From assembly GCA_964396365.1 (NCBI GenBank), contig CAYNEZ010000001.1, positions 1 through 53,256 on the forward strand: a stretch of DNA of 53,256 nucleotides, in the 5' to 3' direction. The translations under genes were made by a program, and so were the position numbers. The notes below the pieces were generated by a model that saw only the letters and a list, made by a program, of their open reading frames with translations, was not told the origin of the DNA and ran no database searches. Shown here in pieces: positions 18,730-28,057 of this stretch (its first letter is position 1; the number at the start of each line of letters is the position of its first letter). This DNA comes from an uncultured Sangeribacter sp. (GTDB taxonomy: Bacteria > Bacteroidota > Bacteroidia > Bacteroidales > Muribaculaceae).

Positions 18730-21291
18730 TCATAACTTTTCAGTGGGGCCGAAGTAGCTGTAACGCGAATCATCCGGATTTACTACAATGCGTTCAACTA
18801 CTATCTCGGGGTCGATCATCTTTATTTTGAGTGTCTGAACCCCCTTTTCTTCAACAGGGAACGAAGCTTCAAGCCAACGGATATTGTCAAAAACCTCGTT
18901 TCGCATTCCACGGCCATATCCATTAAGTGCCATTTTGCCTCTTGGCGGCAAGGGTTTAAGTTTCTTGGAGTTCTTTAGGTTGGCTGGAGTATACTCATCG
19001 AAAGTATCCACCAATCCTCTTCTTGCATCGATTACTTCTGTTTTTCCTTCGCCAAGTTGCACTGCAAGCCGGAGTCCACGTGCCGGATCTACATCTTGTG
19101 TCGGAAGAATACCTATTGCAAATCTGATACTGTCTCCTTCTGTGATATTTATGTCGTATTCCAATGTGGGTGTCTGAGATTCGATTGAAGCTGAAGCCGC
19201 CATCACATTATCTATACCCATGCAACCTTCATTTCTGCCAAGGTCAGGAAGCATAATCCAATTTACGCCGTTGCCACCACTTTTACGGTTGAATTTTATT
19301 GCCGGAATTGAATATTCTGTGGCATTGGTATATGGCTTATTGAATGTCTTTGCTGATGAAGCATCCACATATCTTACTTCCGGCATTATGTTGTTGTCGG
19401 GCATAAACCATTGGGTGTAGCCGATATGCCTGTCTTGCATCATCCCATGCCATTTTCCATGGCTGATTGAGTCGTTGTAGAATTCTGTCAGTGCAGCATC
19501 TCTGGCAAAAAGTTCTTTGACAAGATCCGCATACTGGTTTGCGCGAGGGTCACCTTTGTCGGCATAATAACGGTTTTGCTCTGCGGCCAGATACATCCTC
19601 GCAACTCCAGAAGATGCTATCGCCGGATAATATACAAGTTGATAGAATGCATCCATTGCTTCGGGTGATATCTTTTCTTTCACCAACTCTGTCTTTTCTT
19701 CAAGGGCTGTCCATAAAGAGTCAATGCGTTCAGCTTCATTATAGTTTTCCACGCTGAAAATTCCTGCCGTCTGCACTTCCGGTTTTCTCCATAGATTATA
19801 TTTCGGATATTTTGCGAGTATTTCAGTTATGTCTTCTGCTAATTCATTGCCAAAAGTCTCCGAAGCCCAATTAAAAAGCCATTCACGTTCGTCGCCGGGA
19901 CCTACTTCATTCGGATTCCACGCATAGTCCATGATGAAATCAATAGGAAGTTCTTTAGGTTTCAGATCCCCTACGTTGATTATCCATATGCGGTCAATTC
20001 CTGACTTATAAGCAAGATTTAATTGTTCGCGAAGCTTTGGAATGGGGGAGGTGTTGATCCATCGGTCGTTCCATGGACCACCGTTCATGTCTATATGATA
20101 GTATAAACCAAAACCACCTTTCCGGTTCAACTCATCTTTAGGTGCTGTGCGTCGTATGTATCCCCAATTGTTGTCGCAGAAAAGGAGTGTTACATCTTCC
20201 GGAACATTGAATCCGGCATCATAATAGCGTTGCACCTCCGTGAATATTGCCCATAGTTGTGGCACAGAATCCGGGCGTCCATATATGTCTGAGAGTATTC
20301 CTCTCTGGGCATTGATTACGTTGCGAAGTGTCTCCATATTGTCGGTGTCGTCACCTTTTCCCATCGCTACATCACCGTCTCCTCGCATCCCTATAGTGAC
20401 AATATTGTCATAATCCTTGTTCCGCTCCATTCCTTCTCTGAAGAATTTTTCAATTCGCTCAGGATTTGACTTATAATCCCAAGCGCCGATTTCATCCTTT
20501 CTTCTGGTATATTCTTTATGGGCTCGCATCATAGGTTCGTGATGGCTTGTGCCCATCACGATGCCATATTCATCAGCAAGCCGCGGACACTCCGGATCAT
20601 CTTCGTTGAAAGCCGTGTCCCACATCGCGGGCCAGAGATAATTTGCCTTAAGACGGAGTAAAAGTTCAAACATAGTGGCATAAGCCTTTGAGTTGACGCC
20701 ACCATGCTGATTTACACACCATCCTCCGAAAGATGGCCACTCATCATTGATAAAGATGCCGCGATACTTAACTTTTGGGGATGGTTGGAAAACCCTTCCT
20801 TTTGCATATTCTAATTTATCCTTATGCTCTACAGGGACATCTGCCCAGTAATACCAAGGGGATACCCCTATGTTTTTGCTTATGTCGTAGATTCCATAAA
20901 TGGTTCCTCGTTTGTCACTGCCTGCGATGATGAGATTACCATCTATGACATCCATAACATAGGATTCCCATTCCCCTTTGACTGAATCTACATTTAGTTT
21001 TCCACGATCGATTAGGGAATCAATGAATTTGCTTTTGCCAATGGTGCCGGCAATAATATTACCTTTATTGTCAGGAGTCTCCGGAAAGACAGCAGATTTG
21101 ATGCCTGTGACTTTACCAATGTCATCAGCAAGGTCGCTGGCTGCTCGACGCACGCCCTTCCAGTCATTTCCATCAACTATTATGGGTGCAACTTTTCCTT
21201 TGTCAGCAATGATAAAATTTTGTTCACTCTTTTTGGCGGTCAATGGCATCAGGGTTAGCAATGCCATCAAGACTGTCAGTATCTTTTTCAT
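18730..21291 (-). CDS. GH115 alpha-glucuronidase
   Basis: GSDKRGTIYG, YRGIFINDE, NYLWPAMW, GTSHHEPM and WIINVGDLKP motifs. Confidence 0.95.
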   Translation of the reverse strand: MKKILTVLMALLTLMPLTAKKSEQNFIIADKGKVAPIIVDGNDWKGVRRAASDLADDIGKVTGIKSAVFPETPDNKGNIIAGTIGKSKFIDSLIDRGKLNVDSVKGEWESYVMDVIDGNLIIAGSDKRGTIYGIYDISKNIGVSPWYYWADVPVEHKDKLEYAKGRVFQPSPKVKYRGIFINDEWPSFGGWCVNQHGGVNSKAYATMFELLLRLKANYLWPAMWDTAFNEDDPECPRLADEYGIVMGTSHHEPMMRAHKEYTRRKDEIGAWDYKSNPERIEKFFREGMERNKDYDNIVTIGMRGDGDVAMGKGDDTDNMETLRNVINAQRGILSDIYGRPDSVPQLWAIFTEVQRYYDAGFNVPEDVTLLFCDNNWGYIRRTAPKDELNRKGGFGLYYHIDMNGGPWNDRWINTSPIPKLREQLNLAYKSGIDRIWIINVGDLKPKELPIDFIMDYAWNPNEVGPGDEREWLFNWASETFGNELAEDITEILAKYPKYNLWRKPEVQTAGIFSVENYNEAERIDSLWTALEEKTELVKEKISPEAMDAFYQLVYYPAIASSGVARMYLAAEQNRYYADKGDPRANQYADLVKELFARDAALTEFYNDSISHGKWHGMMQDRHIGYTQWFMPDNNIMPEVRYVDASSAKTFNKPYTNATEYSIPAIKFNRKSGGNGVNWIMLPDLGRNEGCMGIDNVMAASASIESQTPTLEYDINITEGDSIRFAIGILPTQDVDPARGLRLAVQLGEGKTEVIDARRGLVDTFDEYTPANLKNSKKLKPLPPRGKMALNGYGRGMRNEVFDNIRWLEASFPVEEKGVQTLKIKMIDPEIVVERIVVNPDDSRYSYFGPTEKL

Positions 21292-21320
21292 GGTGTGATA
21301 AACTATAATATTTCTAATTG

Positions 21321-21328
21321 CAAAGTTA
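21321..21328 (-). promoter_or_regulatory. -7 element for GH115
   Basis: TAACTTTG on the minus strand, 30 nt upstream of the ATG. Confidence 0.6.
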
Positions 21329-21411
21329 ATAAAAAATGGTGTTAAATGAATAAAAATTACGTAACTCTATCATAAGAATTTGTAAATAATGCGTTAGAAA
21401 CAGCAATAGAA

Positions 21412-21564
21412 TAAGTAGCTAATGAAAATTAAACAACATATGTACACATTCAACAGAACCAATCTTGTACAAATAAATCCGGCTATTTTCGGACATTCCG
21501 GCATTGTCGTTCAGTCGCTTAGCTCGCTAAGCTCCTTCATTCCGCAGCCAGAATGCCTCGAAAA
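21412..21564. mobile_element. MITE-like element family A, truncated copy
   Basis: About 7 mismatches to 13551-13703 over ~153 nt; right terminal repeat missing. Confidence 0.85.
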
Positions 21565-21676
21565 AAAGTTTGAGAAACTTGGATAACTTACATGAATAAA
21601 CTGAAAATATCCAAATATAATACGAAATCATACGGATATGTGAGAAATGGATAAATGACATTTCACAAATTTTTGT

Positions 21677-21684
21677 TAATTTTG
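21677..21684 (+). promoter_or_regulatory. -7 element for the GH43 pair
   Basis: TAATTTTG about 25 nt before the ATG. Confidence 0.6.
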
Positions 21685-21708
21685 CGGTATCAACAAATCT
21701 AATATCAA

Positions 21709-23295
21709 ATGAAGAAAGAAACATTTGTGTTTTCCGCTTTGATTTTGGCAACCTCAATGTGTTGTCAGACACAGTCTTCAATTGCAAAAATTACGGAGTC
21801 GTGCCACCCAATGATAAAAGGAGATTTTAAGGATTTTGGAATTCAGAATCCTGATACCATACTTACGCTTGATTGCAGTGAGTTTTTTACTGATCCAAAG
21901 ACAAGCCTGTTTTATGCGGATTTCAGAAAATCTTTCGAAATGACTTTCGATGTGCAGGTCAATACCAATCTTACGGAGCAGGTATTCGTATGCAAGGAAG
22001 GAACTCGCTATAATGAAGCTGCCGGCATAATGATTGGCTTTGATCCGACTGTTGAACGTATTTTCGCTGAGATAACAGATTCCAATGGCAAAGACCACCG
22101 AATCTGGGCTGGAGAAAAAATCATGCTCGGAGAATGGATTAAAGTTAAAGTAAAGGGAATGGCAGACGAAGATTTAGCTACCTCCTCACTTAGTTTGTCG
22201 GTATCTCCAGATGGTAAAAACTGGGAGGAATCCTCTTTGGACTATTCGGGTCCTGTAATACCTTCAATGGCAAGCCGTTGGGTAATCGGAAGAGGATATC
22301 CGGGAGGTTACCCAAATTCTCTTCAAGTCAGAAAAGGAGCAATAAAGAATTTTTCGATAACCGGAACAGGACGCGACCGAAAGCAAGGCGAGAATCCTAT
22401 TTTTACAGATAGACTTACAGCTGATCCTGCCTGCACTGTAGTTGGTGACCGTCTGTATGCATTCGTAGGCGAGGACTGTGCATCTCCCGGCGGGTGGTTT
22501 ACAATGCCGCATTGGGTAGCATACTCTACGAAAGATATGAAAAACTGGGAATGCCACGGGGTTGTGCTGAAGGCATCAGATTTCCCTTATGCCAATCCTT
22601 ACGGTGCATGGGCCGGACAGGTTGTGGAGCGGAATGGCAAATTCTACTACTATGTCACTTTGGATGATGTGCGTAATGGGCGTCATGCCATAGATGTGGC
22701 TGTTGCTGATAATCCTCTTGGCCCTTATGTTCCGGCAAGACTTGACCGAGATCCTCTTATCACTGACGACATGACTCCTGATTCACATAGATGGAACGCT
22801 GATATCGATCCGACAGTCTTGATCGACGATGATGGTCAGGCTTGGATAGTATGGGGAAATGGTGACTTCTATCTCTCCCGACTTAAAGAAAATATGATTG
22901 AACTTGATGGAGAGGTAATGCATATGGGAGTCCGTAATGTTTCGGAAGGACCTTGGCTTTTCAAGCGTAACGGGAAATATTACAATGTTTATGCCGCCGA
23001 TTCTCCAGGAGTGCAACCTGAGCAGCTTGCATACTCAATGGCAGATGATGTAACAGGACCATGGACTTACGGAGGTCTTATCACCGGACCGGCAAAATTC
23101 GGTTTTACAATTCATCCGTCGGTCAATGAATTCAATGGCAAATGGTATCTTTTTTATCATGATGGTTCCTATATGCATGATGGAGAGCCTGGGGGTGATT
23201 GTCGCAGACAAGTGTGTGTCGAACCTCTATATTTCGATGCCGAAGGAAAGATACTGCCTATCACACTTACAGAGACTGGAATTTCAAAAGAATAA
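21709..23295 (+). CDS. GH43 glycosidase with N-terminal LamG/concanavalin-like domain
   Basis: ADP, WAG, IDP, EGPW and HPS GH43 motifs in the C-terminal ~300 aa. Confidence 0.88.
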   Translation: MKKETFVFSALILATSMCCQTQSSIAKITESCHPMIKGDFKDFGIQNPDTILTLDCSEFFTDPKTSLFYADFRKSFEMTFDVQVNTNLTEQVFVCKEGTRYNEAAGIMIGFDPTVERIFAEITDSNGKDHRIWAGEKIMLGEWIKVKVKGMADEDLATSSLSLSVSPDGKNWEESSLDYSGPVIPSMASRWVIGRGYPGGYPNSLQVRKGAIKNFSITGTGRDRKQGENPIFTDRLTADPACTVVGDRLYAFVGEDCASPGGWFTMPHWVAYSTKDMKNWECHGVVLKASDFPYANPYGAWAGQVVERNGKFYYYVTLDDVRNGRHAIDVAVADNPLGPYVPARLDRDPLITDDMTPDSHRWNADIDPTVLIDDDGQAWIVWGNGDFYLSRLKENMIELDGEVMHMGVRNVSEGPWLFKRNGKYYNVYAADSPGVQPEQLAYSMADDVTGPWTYGGLITGPAKFGFTIHPSVNEFNGKWYLFYHDGSYMHDGEPGGDCRRQVCVEPLYFDAEGKILPITLTETGISKE

Positions 23296-23318
23296 ACAAA
23301 GAAATTTAAATTAATAAG

Positions 23319-24656
23319 ATGAAAAAAATTACACCGGTGCTTTCAGCACTTTGGCTTGCCGGCTCATCAATGATGTGCTTTGCTCAGAACCCAATCTCTC
23401 AGACTGAATTTACTGCGGATCCCGCTCCGCTTGTTGTGGGCGATACGCTATATCTGATAACGGGTCATGACGAGTGGGAGGCTACTCCCGATCAATTTGT
23501 GATGAAAGACTATCTGTGCTTCACAACAACGGATATGGTCAACTGGACTCATCATGCTCCAATTTTCAATGCCAAAGAAATGTTTGGTGAGCATGAGAAT
23601 GCAAATGCTTCGCAGATGGCATACCGCAACGGTAAGTTTTACTTTTATCCCTCCACAAGTGGAGTTCCGGTCCTTGTCTCTGACTCCCCTTATGGACCTT
23701 TTATCAATCCTCTTGGAGGTAAAAAACAACTTACATATCCGGATCAAACCAACTATGGAGGACATGGATGGGAAGACATTGACCCAACTGTTCTTATAGA
23801 TGATGATGGCCAGGCATATATGTATTGGGGAAACAATGCCCTTTACGCCATCAAACTCAATGAGGATATGATAAGCTATGACGGCGACATAAAGGTGTTT
23901 GAAATCAAGGATAAAGAAGCTTTTGGTCCTGATTATGAGGAAGCTCCCTGGTTGGCAAAGCGCGGAGACAAATATTATCTCGCATACGCTTCATTCTGTC
24001 CGGAAGCAACAGATTGGGCATGGGCAGACTCTCCTCTTGGACCATGGAAATATGGCGGCCAGATCATGCGCGCTTTCGAGCATGGCGGAATGGGCAACCA
24101 TACCGGTATGTGCGAATATAAAGGACAGTGGTATTTCTTCTATATGGATGAAGGTCTTCCTGAAGCACATAGCCGTCGACGCACGGCAAGCGTAGTTCCA
24201 TTCAATTTCAATGAGGATGGTTCGATCCCTTATATTCATCACGATAAGCGCGGTGTGCTGAAAAGTGTTGATCCTCTGAATCCGTATGTGAAGCAACAAG
24301 GCGAAACGATTGCATGGGAAGAGGGTGTAGGCATTGGCTACGACAATATTTATTGCGTTTATGTCAACAATGTAGATCCGGGTGATTGGATCAAGGTGAG
24401 GGAAGTCAATTTCGGTGAGGGAGCCAAGTCTTTCAATGCCCGAGTAAGAAAAGGGAAACCCGGATCAAAGATTGAAGTGCGTCTTGATGCTCCCAACGGA
24501 GAACTGCTCGGCGTAGTGGATTGTGCATCCGGCAATGATTGGAAAGAGACCGGTTGCAAGATCAAAAAGCGTGATGGTATCCACGATCTCTATTTCGTAT
24601 TTGCCGGCGATGGCAATGATTTGATGGAGTTTGACAGCTGGCAATTCAATAGGTAA
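23319..24656 (+). CDS. GH43 glycosidase with C-terminal CBM6
   Basis: NPI...ADPAP, IDP and EAPW motifs; GDWIKVREVNFG...HDLYFVF CBM6. Confidence 0.92.
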   Translation: MKKITPVLSALWLAGSSMMCFAQNPISQTEFTADPAPLVVGDTLYLITGHDEWEATPDQFVMKDYLCFTTTDMVNWTHHAPIFNAKEMFGEHENANASQMAYRNGKFYFYPSTSGVPVLVSDSPYGPFINPLGGKKQLTYPDQTNYGGHGWEDIDPTVLIDDDGQAYMYWGNNALYAIKLNEDMISYDGDIKVFEIKDKEAFGPDYEEAPWLAKRGDKYYLAYASFCPEATDWAWADSPLGPWKYGGQIMRAFEHGGMGNHTGMCEYKGQWYFFYMDEGLPEAHSRRRTASVVPFNFNEDGSIPYIHHDKRGVLKSVDPLNPYVKQQGETIAWEEGVGIGYDNIYCVYVNNVDPGDWIKVREVNFGEGAKSFNARVRKGKPGSKIEVRLDAPNGELLGVVDCASGNDWKETGCKIKKRDGIHDLYFVFAGDGNDLMEFDSWQFNR

Positions 24657-24685
24657 TGACACACGGCCCGAGCGTCAGTGCTATT

Positions 24686-25903
24686 CTAAAGACGGATTGA
24701 GAAGCAGGTGAGGGGTCGGGTCTTTAATGAAAGACTTCCTCCGAGGTGAGTGACGATTCTTCGTGAGAGGCTGAGTCCTATTCCGGTCCCGGATGGACGT
24801 GTGGTGAAGAAAGGTGTGAATATGTGTTGTGCTGTCTCATCTGAGATAAGCTCTCCGTCGTTTGAAATGCGAATTTCTACAGATTCGTCAGCTTTCTCAT
24901 CAGCTTCTATGGAAATGCCGGCAGGATCAGCCTCAATAGCATTTTTAATAATATTTATTAGCACTCGGCTCAAAAGAGCCTCATCGGTATAGACCATTAA
25001 TTCTGGAGGAAAGCATGTAAGTTTGATACTTATGTGCTTTTCTTTTATATAGCTTTCAGCTATCCTTATGCTTGATTCCAAAAGTGGTTTAAGGTAGACG
25101 GCTCTCATCCTTGCCTCCGGCAATATGCTGAATTCTCTAAAATTCTTTACAAACTGCATCAGTGAGCGGCTGCTTGATGATATGGTGTCCAAGGCTTCTG
25201 TTATCTCACGGTCTGATGTCTTCCCACTCATGTTCTCTGCTATTGATTGAACAGGAGTAAGGGAGTTCATGATTTCATGTGTCAGCACACGGGTCAGTTT
25301 CTCCCAAGATTCTACCTCCACTGCCTGCATCTGGCGGCTGAGATCGGTAATTGTAAATAAGGTGAAGCTCTTCTCATTGACCGTCACATCACTCTTTTTG
25401 ATAGCGGGCTCAGCATTATCTTGTACGGGAATCTGGCATACGTGAGTGAGTGCTTGCCTGTCGAGAAGGCGAAGGGCAGCTTCATTATGAAGCCTGATGT
25501 CTCCATTTGAATCTGCCAATGCCAAGCCAATATCCGTAAGATTTATCACGCGGGCTAAGAATGCCTCGTTTTGCTTTGATTTTAGTGTCAGGCGTTCAAG
25601 ATGCTCTACTATTAGGTTGAGCATTTCGTTGGTTTCCCGCTCATCTTTGCTGACATTGACAGTGGGAAATTTATATGAGAAATCTTTGCTGAGTGTAGCC
25701 TGCATTACGTAGCGCATCCGTTTTCTCACTCGCGATATATTACTGAAAATCATATATCCGCATCCTAAAGAGCCGATGATCAGCAGTATCCATAGGTTTT
25801 GTGATGCTGCAAAGGCGTATCCGGCAGAGAAAGCCATCAGCAAAGAAAAGACAATCCACATGGCGGGAGGTATATTCCAATACCGTTTGCTCTCAGATGC
25901 CAT
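24686..25903 (-). CDS. Sensor histidine kinase (NtrY-like)
   Basis: LTHEIMNSL H-box; NIIKNA; FTPFFTT; GTGIGL; two N-terminal TM helices. Confidence 0.93.
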   Translation of the reverse strand: MASESKRYWNIPPAMWIVFSLLMAFSAGYAFAASQNLWILLIIGSLGCGYMIFSNISRVRKRMRYVMQATLSKDFSYKFPTVNVSKDERETNEMLNLIVEHLERLTLKSKQNEAFLARVINLTDIGLALADSNGDIRLHNEAALRLLDRQALTHVCQIPVQDNAEPAIKKSDVTVNEKSFTLFTITDLSRQMQAVEVESWEKLTRVLTHEIMNSLTPVQSIAENMSGKTSDREITEALDTISSSSRSLMQFVKNFREFSILPEARMRAVYLKPLLESSIRIAESYIKEKHISIKLTCFPPELMVYTDEALLSRVLINIIKNAIEADPAGISIEADEKADESVEIRISNDGELISDETAQHIFTPFFTTRPSGTGIGLSLSRRIVTHLGGSLSLKTRPLTCFSIRL

Positions 25904-27209
25904 ATTTGCGCATTTTATTGTATAGTGTCTGGCGAGTAATGCCAAGATGACGTGCCACTTCCGACATGTTGCCGTTGTGAAGTTTGATAGCGTTTGTTAT
26001 GGCCTTGCGCTCCATTGATTCCAATGTTGTAGATTGTTCCGCATTTGTGATATGGCTCTCATGAAGGTCGAAATCATGAAGACCAAGAGTGGTGCCATCA
26101 GACAATATCAGGGCTTTCTCTACGGTATGCTCAAGCTGGCGTATATTTCCCGGCCATGATTGAGAGCATAGTCTCTTCATGGCGTCTTCCGACACTTTTA
26201 CTTCAGGTTTTGAATATATACCGGCATATTTCTTGACAAACATATTGACGAGTGCCGGAATATCTTCAGGCCTGTTTCGGAGTGGCGGCAGTTCGATGGT
26301 CACAGTATTGATGCGATAGAAGAGGTCTTGACGGAATTCACCTTCCGCTACCATTTGTGGGAGATTTCTGTTGGTAGCGCATATGAGGCGTATGTCAATG
26401 TCTCGAGGGGTATTGGTTCCAACCCGTATTATCTTTCTCTGTTGCAATGATGTGAGGAGTTTTGCTTGCAGATGGTAGGGAAGATTGCCGATCTCATCAA
26501 GAAAGAGGGTGCCACCATGTGCAGTTTCGAATTTTCCGGCTCTGTCGGCTTTTGCATCGGTGAAAGCCCCTTTGGCATGCCCATAAAGTTCACTCTCAAA
26601 AAGAGTTTCGATTACGGCCCCCATATCCACTATTTCAATAGGTCCGGATGATCTGTTGGATAGACGATGGATTTCCCTTGCCAGAAGATCTTTTCCTGTT
26701 CCGTTTTCTCCGGTTATCAGTATGTTGGCATCTGTCGGTGCAACTCTTTCCACAAGCATACGTACTCGTTGCATCTCCGGAGATTCCCCCCATAGCATCT
26801 GAGGACTCGAAGCCTTTTGTTGTGGTTTTTGCTTTCCACTCCCGAAGGCATTGAGAAGTGTGTCGGAAAGATTAGTGTTGTCAAATGGTTTCACAATGAA
26901 GTCAGTTGCCCCAATCTTCATTCCTTCTACGGCGAGTGCCACATCTGCATAAGCAGTAAAGAGCACGACTGCAGTTTCCGGAGCCAGACGTTTTATTTCT
27001 CTTAGCCAGAAAAGTCCTTCATTTCCTGTGTTGATGGAAGCCCGGAAATTCATATCAAGAAGCACTACTTGCGGTTTGTGCTTTTGAAGGAGTTGGGGGA
27101 TACATGATGGATTAGACTCAGTTACAACCTCGTCGACCTTCGACCTCATCAGCATACGGACAGCAGAAAGCACGTCCTTATTATCATCAACTACGAGCAA
27201 TGTTTTCAT
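25893..27209 (-). CDS. Sigma54-dependent response regulator (NtrC family)
   Basis: Receiver domain, GENGTGKD, GAFTDA, LFLDEIG and Fis-type HTH. Confidence 0.96.
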   Translation of the reverse strand: MKTLLVVDDNKDVLSAVRMLMRSKVDEVVTESNPSCIPQLLQKHKPQVVLLDMNFRASINTGNEGLFWLREIKRLAPETAVVLFTAYADVALAVEGMKIGATDFIVKPFDNTNLSDTLLNAFGSGKQKPQQKASSPQMLWGESPEMQRVRMLVERVAPTDANILITGENGTGKDLLAREIHRLSNRSSGPIEIVDMGAVIETLFESELYGHAKGAFTDAKADRAGKFETAHGGTLFLDEIGNLPYHLQAKLLTSLQQRKIIRVGTNTPRDIDIRLICATNRNLPQMVAEGEFRQDLFYRINTVTIELPPLRNRPEDIPALVNMFVKKYAGIYSKPEVKVSEDAMKRLCSQSWPGNIRQLEHTVEKALILSDGTTLGLHDFDLHESHITNAEQSTTLESMERKAITNAIKLHNGNMSEVARHLGITRQTLYNKMRKYGI

Positions 27210-27251
27210 ACTACAAAAGTAGTAATTTTTTTCTTAAATTGCAATAGAATT

Positions 27252-27332
27252 TATGGAAGGGAGGCTTCTTTGCCTCCCCATCGAAGAATTATATAATATT
27301 TTGTGGGGAGGCTGGGAAGCCTCCCTTCCATA
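27252..27332. repeat. REP-like inverted doublet (REPIN-like)
   Basis: 29-bp arms TATGGAAGGGAGGCTTCnnnGCCTCCCCA in inverted orientation, each with its own hairpin. Confidence 0.75.
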
Positions 27333-27337
27333 TTGTG

Positions 27338-28012
27338 CTAAAGCTGAGTCTTTTCCACGATCTTTCCATCGAAGAGGTTTATGATGCGATGTGTGTACGC
27401 TGCATCGTGTTGTGAGTGTGTAACCATTACGATCGTGGAGCCGTCACGGTTGAGCTCAGTGAGGAGTTCCATCACTTCCTTGCCGTTGACGGAATCAAGA
27501 TTTCCGGTAGGTTCGTCTGCCAAGATAAGTTCAGGTCTTGTGACTACGGCACGTGCAATTGCTGCGCGTTGCTGCTGACCACCCGACAGTTGCTGAGGAA
27601 AATGCTTGGCTCGGTGCTCGATATTCATGCGTTTGAGAGCCTCTTTCACACGTTCCTTCCTCTCCTTTGCTCCAATCTTGAGATATTTGAGGGGGAGTTC
27701 TACGTTTTCTTCTATGTTGAGTTCATCAATAAGGTTGAAGTTCTGGAAAACGAATCCGATCTTTCCCTTTCGGAAAGCAGTACGGTCTTTTTCCTTGAGA
27801 TCAGACACGTCCACTCCATTAAGCGTATATTTGCCATCAGTAGGATTATCGAGTAATCCGAGGATATTAAGGAGAGTAGATTTTCCGCATCCGGAAGGGC
27901 CCATGATTCCTACGAATTCTCCTTTGGTGATGTCGAGTGATATACCGCGAAGGGCTAATGTCTCCACTTCGTCAGTACGGAAGGTCTTGGTAAGGTTTTC
28001 TATCTGTATCAT
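27338..28012 (-). CDS. ABC transporter ATP-binding protein (MacB/LolD type)
   Basis: GPSGCGKS, LSGGQQQR and DEPTGNLD motifs. Confidence 0.97.
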   Translation of the reverse strand: MIQIENLTKTFRTDEVETLALRGISLDITKGEFVGIMGPSGCGKSTLLNILGLLDNPTDGKYTLNGVDVSDLKEKDRTAFRKGKIGFVFQNFNLIDELNIEENVELPLKYLKIGAKERKERVKEALKRMNIEHRAKHFPQQLSGGQQQRAAIARAVVTRPELILADEPTGNLDSVNGKEVMELLTELNRDGSTIVMVTHSQHDAAYTHRIINLFDGKIVEKTQL

Positions 28013-28057
28013 ATGTTTAATGTATAATCGTTTAATCGTTTAATTGCTAAAACTATA

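Noticed and set aside
21527-21787. 86-aa minus-strand ORF
   Set aside because: It spans a promoter, the GH43 start and the MITE end; composition is not protein-like.
18730-24656. Canonical polysaccharide utilisation locus
   Set aside because: No SusC/SusD pair or hybrid two-component sensor adjacent.
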